Shown here: piece by piece, positions 58,425 to 64,000 of the stretch
Position numbering within the stretch: the first letter of the stretch is position 1
How the letters are laid out: the number at the start of each line of letters is the position of its first letter
Origin: Candidatus Levyibacteriota bacterium
GTDB taxonomy: Bacteria > Patescibacteriota > Microgenomatia > Levybacterales > UBA12049
DNA length: 64,000 nucleotides
Assembly (NCBI GenBank): GCA_027459745.1
Contig: DAIDHL010000002.1
Span: 125,656-189,655, forward strand
Direction: 5' to 3'
Program-made: the position numbers and the translations under genes
The notes under the pieces: model-generated
What the model saw: the letters and a program-made list of their open reading frames with translations, nothing else
Databases searched by the model: none
What the model was told of the DNA's origin: nothing

Positions 58425-58593
58425 ATCTAGGTAATAGAGGTGTAATTCCTCATCAGTGCCGCTACTGTGACCCCACTTCGCGTAAAGTTACGCGGAGCAG
58501 GGAAGACAGAAAACTAGGTAATTTTATCTTTATCCCGAGCAGGAATTTTTGTTTCTCATCAGATAAAAGTTCTCGCTTAGGAGAACTTTTTTT
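58425..58593 (+). promoter_or_regulatory. cobalamin (AdoCbl) riboswitch, compact variant, with expression-platform hairpin
   Basis: In order: GGUGUAAUUCC (GGUGnAAnUCC), GCCGCUACUGUGA (CCGCnACUGUnA), CCCCACUU (B12-box-like CCACU), and GGGAAGAC (GGGAAG). A hairpin AAGUUCUC-GCUUAG-GAGAACUU plus U7 overlaps the AGGAGA SD just before the ATG at 58594. Confidence 0.6.
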
Positions 58594-59145
58594 ATGAGAA
58601 TATTACTTCGAGCAAAGCAGTTAATAAATAACGTAATAAAACTAAACCCACTGTTATATGTTGGATTATTTGTAGCTGCTCGTTTATTGCCACATCCGGC
58701 TAATCTGTCGCCAGTTGATGCCATGGTACTATTTGCCGGGGTCTATTTAAATAGACGTTATGCGTTAATAGCTCCTTTGGTAGCCTTATTTATCTCCGAT
58801 ATGTTTTTAGGGTTTTACTGGCAAATGCCCTTCGTTTACGGGAGCTTTATCATTACTGGTTTATTGGGTTTATGGCTTAGACATCATAAGTCTATTACTA
58901 ATATCTTAGGTTTTTGTTTATTGTCGTCAGTACAATTTTTTGTTATTTCTAATTTTGGTGTTTGGTTAACTACTAGTTTTTATATTCATACTTTGAGTGG
59001 TCTAATTAATTGCTATGTGATGGCATTACCATTTTTCCGCAATAGTCTGATAGGTGATCTGGTTTATACAAGCTTATTCTTTGGAAGTTATGAGTTTATA
59101 GTTTTTAAGCTGATTAAGTACAAGCAAGTCTTAAATAAGGAATGA
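58594..59145 (+). CDS. small 5-6 TM transporter component, ECF S-component/BtuM-like (candidate cobalamin uptake protein)
   Basis: 183 aa, all-membrane. Sits between a cobalamin riboswitch and a PduO-type adenosyltransferase. Confidence 0.5.
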   Translation: MRILLRAKQLINNVIKLNPLLYVGLFVAARLLPHPANLSPVDAMVLFAGVYLNRRYALIAPLVALFISDMFLGFYWQMPFVYGSFIITGLLGLWLRHHKSITNILGFCLLSSVQFFVISNFGVWLTTSFYIHTLSGLINCYVMALPFFRNSLIGDLVYTSLFFGSYEFIVFKLIKYKQVLNKE

Positions 59146-59212
59146 CGTAATAGGTATAAGGGTTAAGAGAATTTCCTTATACCCTTACTACTAACTACTT
59201 AGACCTATTTTT

Positions 59213-59776
59213 ATGAAAACCAAGATTTATACCAAAACAGGAGATAAAGGTAAAACATCATTAGTCGGTGGTAAAAGAGTAAACAAATTCGATTTACGAG
59301 TGGAAACCTATGGCACGGTGGATGAGCTTAATTGTGCTACTGGAATCGTTATCGCTCAAATTAAAAATTCAAAATTAAAAATTAAAAATGAAAAATCATT
59401 AATTATAAGTTATTTGGAAGAGATTCAGAATGATTTATTTACTATTGGATCAACATTAGCAAATCCCAATAATCCAGCATTACCACAATTAGAAAAGCGC
59501 ATTAAAGAATTGGAAAAGATAATTGATCAAATGACTGAACATTTACCCGAATTAAAAAATTTTATTTTACCTGGGGGTAGTCTGACTGGTGCACAATTAC
59601 ATTTGGCTAGAACTATTTGTCGAAGAGCTGAACGCAGGGTTGTTGAATTAAAACAGACAGAAGAAATTGATGATTTAATTGTAAGTTATTTCAATCGTTT
59701 ATCAGATTTTCTATTTACCGCTGCCAGATATGCCAATCATCTGAAAAATAAAAAAGAAACAATTTGGAGAACTTAA
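59213..59776 (+). CDS. PduO-type ATP:cob(I)alamin adenosyltransferase
   Basis: N-terminal IYTKTGDKGKTSL signature of the PduO family. Confidence 0.85.
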   Translation: MKTKIYTKTGDKGKTSLVGGKRVNKFDLRVETYGTVDELNCATGIVIAQIKNSKLKIKNEKSLIISYLEEIQNDLFTIGSTLANPNNPALPQLEKRIKELEKIIDQMTEHLPELKNFILPGGSLTGAQLHLARTICRRAERRVVELKQTEEIDDLIVSYFNRLSDFLFTAARYANHLKNKKETIWRT

Positions 59777-59779
59777 GAT

Positions 59780-60955
59780 ATGCTGCAAGCAGTTGAGATG
59801 GGGCGACAGTTGCCTCAAAATATTGAGATTCAAAAAAATAATCATTTATCGTTCAATCTATCCCATGAGAGAGATCGTGCCTTGGAAGCAAGTCGTACAG
59901 GCAATAGAGAACAAATGAAATTAGCTCGTGATGGCTTTATACAAAACACGCAATATTGGGCCAAAGAATATATAGGTGGCATACAAACTACACATTATCT
60001 TTGGCACATTGTTGATGATGGAGGTAAGACTCGTTTATATCATCCCTCTTTCGGTTATGCGGATGATGCTTCGCAGCGCGCTTTAGAACAGAATGTACCT
60101 GAGTATGAAAAAAAGAGAAGGCAAGTTGAACATAACGTGACTAAGCAGTTTTCTCAAGTATTAAAAGATGCCCACAAAGGCGATGTTTTCGTCTGGACTA
60201 GTCCTCCTCCTGAAGTAAAGGGAATTGAAAAAGGAGTATATGGTGGATATACTATGACTCACTTATATGAGGTCGATGAGGTTACACTTAATGAAGGCGG
60301 AAAAACAAAATCTGTCAAGATTCTCAAAGGTAGAGATGTAAAAAATTACTTAAAAAATGAAGAACATAAAGAGTTACTCGAGACTTTAGGTGAACAAAAA
60401 ATTTTTGAAGGTATACCATCTTCTCTGGATCTTTTAGCAACTTTAGTAAAAGTTAAATATGGAACTTCCAGTCGTGATGTAGAAACAAAAATAAAACAAA
60501 TAGAAAAATATTTAGGACCGTCAGAAAATGAAACAAAAGTTAAAGAATTTGAAAAAATTTTGCAGGATAATGAATGGATGTTAGAACGTATATTCCAAAT
60601 GTTGATTTTGGAAGATGTTAATATTTCACAAGCTTTTATAACTAATTATTTTAAACAATACGCACAAGCAATTGAGCTGGCACAAAGCAAAGGTTCAGAT
60701 AAAACATTGGACGCACTGGGTTTTGTAGCACATGTCGCGGCAGGTGGCAGTTGTGGCGCAGGTGTGGGATTTGGAGATGCAGCTAAAAATGCTTTTGGTT
60801 ATCAGCCCACTGCGCTGGCCGCAAGCTTAAGTGGTGAAAGAACCTTAAAGTGTAAAGAATGTCCCTTATGTAAGAGCAAAGATATAGAGGCAGTTATTAA
60901 AGATGGTAAAATTCAATGTCCTTCTTGTATGGGTTCTGCCGAATATGCTTGTTAG
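59780..60955 (+). CDS. hypothetical 391-aa protein with C-terminal 4-Cys zinc ribbon; last gene of the riboswitch-controlled operon
   Basis: No family assignable. C-terminus CKECPLC...CPSC. Starts 3 nt after the PduO stop. Confidence 0.5.
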   Translation: MLQAVEMGRQLPQNIEIQKNNHLSFNLSHERDRALEASRTGNREQMKLARDGFIQNTQYWAKEYIGGIQTTHYLWHIVDDGGKTRLYHPSFGYADDASQRALEQNVPEYEKKRRQVEHNVTKQFSQVLKDAHKGDVFVWTSPPPEVKGIEKGVYGGYTMTHLYEVDEVTLNEGGKTKSVKILKGRDVKNYLKNEEHKELLETLGEQKIFEGIPSSLDLLATLVKVKYGTSSRDVETKIKQIEKYLGPSENETKVKEFEKILQDNEWMLERIFQMLILEDVNISQAFITNYFKQYAQAIELAQSKGSDKTLDALGFVAHVAAGGSCGAGVGFGDAAKNAFGYQPTALAASLSGERTLKCKECPLCKSKDIEAVIKDGKIQCPSCMGSAEYAC

Positions 60956-61005
60956 GTTGGCGATAATTATTTGTTGTTTACTTTTCTACATGTTAAGATA
61001 AATAT

Positions 61006-61653
61006 ATGGACGATAGTACACAACAAAATAATAATTCACAGCAGGCTGCCAATGGTTCATCTGATGATCAGGTAACTCTAGTCCCTGTAGCAGATAATGC
61101 ACAACATACAAGAGAACAAGTTCTCTTAGAACAGAGAGATGAAGATGCAGCTACTCAACCATCTTCTACTACAGTAAGCCAAGATGATCGTATTAAGCAA
61201 CTTAATATAGCACAATCTCAAGCCAAACCTGCGCAATCTTATCATCCAGTGAGTTCGTTGCATAAAGAACAAGCACCAGTTCGTGCAAACGAGACAATGC
61301 GTTCCTCAGAGCCAGGAGAAAGTCAACCAGAAATAAGCGCTGAGTTGAAGGAAATTGGTATAGAAGAATCACAGGATGAAGAACAGCTCAAACTATCTGC
61401 AGAGCAAGAATTAGCCGGTTTGGAACCTGCTAAAGAATCTGTTCCTATGAACTCGCATATAACAGCTAATATGAAGTTCCCTCAACAGCCATTTACAGCC
61501 AATGAGGCGGATGATATAATCAAAACCACTTCACCCGATGAGTCGAAACACTGGCTGGCTGTATTGGTGCTATCGATTCTACACAAACTTCATATTAAAG
61601 AATTGCGTAAAAAGGAAGAATCAAAGTTGTCCTTAGTAGAAAAAGCTGCTTGA
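61006..61653 (+). CDS. acidic Gln/Glu-rich hypothetical protein with hydrophobic C-terminal helix
   Basis: Low-complexity Q/E/S-rich N-terminal region. C-terminal WLAVLVLSILHKLHI. Confidence 0.45.
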   Translation: MDDSTQQNNNSQQAANGSSDDQVTLVPVADNAQHTREQVLLEQRDEDAATQPSSTTVSQDDRIKQLNIAQSQAKPAQSYHPVSSLHKEQAPVRANETMRSSEPGESQPEISAELKEIGIEESQDEEQLKLSAEQELAGLEPAKESVPMNSHITANMKFPQQPFTANEADDIIKTTSPDESKHWLAVLVLSILHKLHIKELRKKEESKLSLVEKAA

Positions 61654-61660
61654 TTAAATT

Positions 61661-64000
61661 ATGGATGTGGTAAGTTCATTTCTAGCTGGAGATCCGACAG
61701 GACTATTAATAGGTCTAGTGGTTTTTTCTGTGGTTTTTTTATTGTTTTTCGCTTTAGTAGCCGTTTTGGGTTATATATTTTTCTTATGGTATAAATATAG
61801 ACATCGAGAAGAAGAAGCTTTAAATTCAACTTTACTTCAGGTAGCAGTCCCACGCGATAATGAGATTAAAATAGATGCAGCAGAACAGCTTTTTTCTAGT
61901 TTGTCAGCTATAAAAAAAAGTGGGAGATTGCATTTTCTACATCCTCAACCGCATATATCTTTCGAAATAGTAGGTATGCCGGGTGATATACGTTACTATA
62001 TTCATGTTCCCAATAAAATTCGTGATTTTGTAGAAAAACAGATTAATGGTTCTTATCCCGATGCGCAAATTGTTGAAGTTGGAGACTCAGCTGCACATCA
62101 GAGAACAGATTCTGTTTTAGGCGGTGAGTACAATATTTTTTCTGAAACTGGTAAAGTCGCTTATGCGTCTTTGAAGCTCAAAGCTGCATCCTATTATCCA
62201 ATTAAAGTATTTAAAGATTTCCCGGTAGATCCGATGGCATCGATTACTTCTACATTAGCTAAAATGGGTGAGGGTGAAGGAGTAGCTATACAAGTCTTAA
62301 TAAGTCCGGCGGACAAGCATTGGAAATCGCAAGGAAAAGCTTATATTTCTAAAACTAAAAAAAGTGAGTCTAATCCTGAGACAGCTAAGTATTCAGTAGA
62401 TAGTAAAGAGTTAGAAGGGATTGAAAATAAGATTTCTAAACCAGGTTTTGATACAACGATTAGAGTAGTTGTATCTTCTAGCTCTACAGAAGCTGCCAAT
62501 ATGCATTTGTCCAATATTATCAATGGTTTTAGTCAATATAGTGGCTCAAATGAATTTAAGAAACTTAAAATACGTATGAAAGGTGCATTTATTACAGATT
62601 TTGTTTATCGCTATTGGCCGCTTTGGGATCATACTTCTGTGCTATCTAGTGAAGAGCTGGCAACGATTTTCCATTTTCCCAATAAAGGCGTAGCAACTCC
62701 TGGAATTCATTGGGTTAATTCTAAAAGAGCTCCTGCGCCTTCTAATTTGCCGCCTAGTGGTTTGTTTATTGGGAAAAGTGTATTTAGAGGTATCAGCAGA
62801 CCAATTTATATGAGTAAGTTTGATCGTCAGCGGCATATGTATATTATTGGTAAAACAGGTACTGGAAAATCTGAGTTTTTGAAAGAAATGATTATGCAGG
62901 ATATTCGAGCAGGAGAGGGATTAGCCGTGGTGGATCCGCATGGGGATTTAGTCGAAGATATTTTGCAGCTTATACCTCCGCAAAGAGCTGAAGATGTGAT
63001 TTTATTTGATCCCTCAGATATTGAGCGGCCGATGGGTATGAATATGTTAGAAGCGCAATCGGAAGATCAGAAACATATGGTAGTTACGTCAATTATTGGT
63101 TTGATGTATAAATTATTTGATCCGAACAAAACTGGTATTATTGGCCCCAGATTTGAGCATGCTGTACGTAACGCTATGTTGACAGTGATGGCTGAACCTG
63201 GGAATACATTTATTGAAGTTATGCGTGTATTGACTGACCCTTCATTTGTGCAGGAATTATTGCCTAAAGTTGATGATCCGATTGTTCGTCGTTATTGGAC
63301 AGATCAGATTGCGCAGACTAGTGATTTTCACAAATCTGAAGTTTTGGATTATATTACTTCTAAGTTTGGACGTTTCGTTACTAACAAGATGATTCGCAAT
63401 ATAATAGGACAGTCGTACAGTGCTTTTCAATTTAGAGATGTGATGGATAACAGAAAGATTTTATTAATTAATCTTTCTAAGGGACGCATTGGCGAAGAGA
63501 ATTCTAGTTTCTTGGGTTTAATCATTGTGCCCAAGATTCTGGTAGCCGCGATGAGTCGACAGGATATACCTAAAGAACAACGTAAAGATTTTTATTTATA
63601 TGTTGATGAGTTCCAAAATTTTGCTACACCTGATTTTGCGCAAATTTTATCAGAGGCAAGAAAGTATAAACTTAATTTGACAGTTGCCAATCAGTTTATT
63701 GGACAGATGGATGAAGAAATTAAGAACGCTATCTTTGGTAATGTGGGAACTATTGTATCTTTCCGTGTGGGCGTAACTGATGCCAATTATTTACAGCATG
63801 AATTTACACCCACTTTTACTGAAGCTGATTTAATTAATATCGATCGATTCAATGCATATATTAGGACCGGTGTAGATGGTGAACCTGCCCCACCATTTTC
63901 TTTAGACTTAACAAAAGATACTTCACAAGAAGAGAAAATGAAGAACTCTCGTGTAGCTGAATTAGTTAAAGAACTTTCACGACTTAAATATGGTAGAGAT
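61661..64000 (+). CDS. membrane-anchored VirB4/TraE-like (AAA_10/DUF87, FtsK-HerA superfamily) secretion/conjugation ATPase; 3' end beyond window
   Basis: Open frame from the ATG at 61661 to the window end. Not in the ORF track because there is no stop within the window. N-terminal TM, about 400-aa N-domain, Walker A IIGKTGTGKSEF, Walker B/DE LYVDEFQNF. Confidence 0.6.
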   Translation, partial: MDVVSSFLAGDPTGLLIGLVVFSVVFLLFFALVAVLGYIFFLWYKYRHREEEALNSTLLQVAVPRDNEIKIDAAEQLFSSLSAIKKSGRLHFLHPQPHISFEIVGMPGDIRYYIHVPNKIRDFVEKQINGSYPDAQIVEVGDSAAHQRTDSVLGGEYNIFSETGKVAYASLKLKAASYYPIKVFKDFPVDPMASITSTLAKMGEGEGVAIQVLISPADKHWKSQGKAYISKTKKSESNPETAKYSVDSKELEGIENKISKPGFDTTIRVVVSSSSTEAANMHLSNIINGFSQYSGSNEFKKLKIRMKGAFITDFVYRYWPLWDHTSVLSSEELATIFHFPNKGVATPGIHWVNSKRAPAPSNLPPSGLFIGKSVFRGISRPIYMSKFDRQRHMYIIGKTGTGKSEFLKEMIMQDIRAGEGLAVVDPHGDLVEDILQLIPPQRAEDVILFDPSDIERPMGMNMLEAQSEDQKHMVVTSIIGLMYKLFDPNKTGIIGPRFEHAVRNAMLTVMAEPGNTFIEVMRVLTDPSFVQELLPKVDDPIVRRYWTDQIAQTSDFHKSEVLDYITSKFGRFVTNKMIRNIIGQSYSAFQFRDVMDNRKILLINLSKGRIGEENSSFLGLIIVPKILVAAMSRQDIPKEQRKDFYLYVDEFQNFATPDFAQILSEARKYKLNLTVANQFIGQMDEEIKNAIFGNVGTIVSFRVGVTDANYLQHEFTPTFTEADLINIDRFNAYIRTGVDGEPAPPFSLDLTKDTSQEEKMKNSRVAELVKELSRLKYGRD

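Noticed and set aside
1-64000. CRISPR arrays or cas genes
   Set aside because: No regularly spaced direct repeats of 25-40 bp were seen anywhere. The only repeated sequences are the three dispersed GC-rich elements and low-complexity coding repeats.

Overview
Gene-dense, low-GC (about 35%) bacterial chromosomal segment with roughly 65 protein genes, one tRNA, one tmRNA and one riboswitch, mostly housekeeping plus cell-envelope functions. By inference, gene content resembles a small-genome, envelope-centred bacterium (possibly Patescibacteria/CPR-like) that salvages cobalamin rather than making it; this cannot be confirmed from the sequence alone. Features in order:
- purH, truncated at the window start.
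- A serB-serA-serC serine-biosynthesis operon, preceded by a candidate promoter, a Ser-rich leader-peptide ORF and a terminator, then glutamine synthetase.
- DMT and DoxX membrane proteins.
- A frameshifted PLD-family gene next to a P-loop kinase.
- A multidrug-type ABC exporter, a VIT-family transporter, and a two-component system upstream of a MacA/MacB-type tripartite efflux pump.
- rarA.
- A markedly AT-rich glycosylation cluster (GT-C-like membrane protein, GT2, acyltransferase 3).
- msrA and bcp, and a second two-HKD PLD gene.
- tRNA-Ser(GCU) and comFC.
- A higher-GC insertion (GNAT-like, MFS, EEP, GIY-YIG genes) abutting the 3' end of an unannotated tmRNA (ssrA) downstream of smpB.
- An envelope cluster (beta-propeller membrane protein, bPH_2 membrane protein, SpoIID/LytB-like protein with a coiled-coil N-terminus, LytR_C protein).
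- rpiB and rpe, two tandem class A PBPs, a CvpA-CAP fusion, pgi, gap and a NUDIX remnant.
- nrdR-nrdJ (B12-dependent RNR), immediately followed by a compact cobalamin-riboswitch-controlled operon: ECF S-component/BtuM-like transporter, PduO-type adenosyltransferase and an unknown Zn-ribbon protein.
- An acidic protein and an N-terminally membrane-anchored VirB4/TraE-like secretion ATPase running off the window end.
Three GC-rich, hairpin-dense small repeat elements sit at gene 3' ends.
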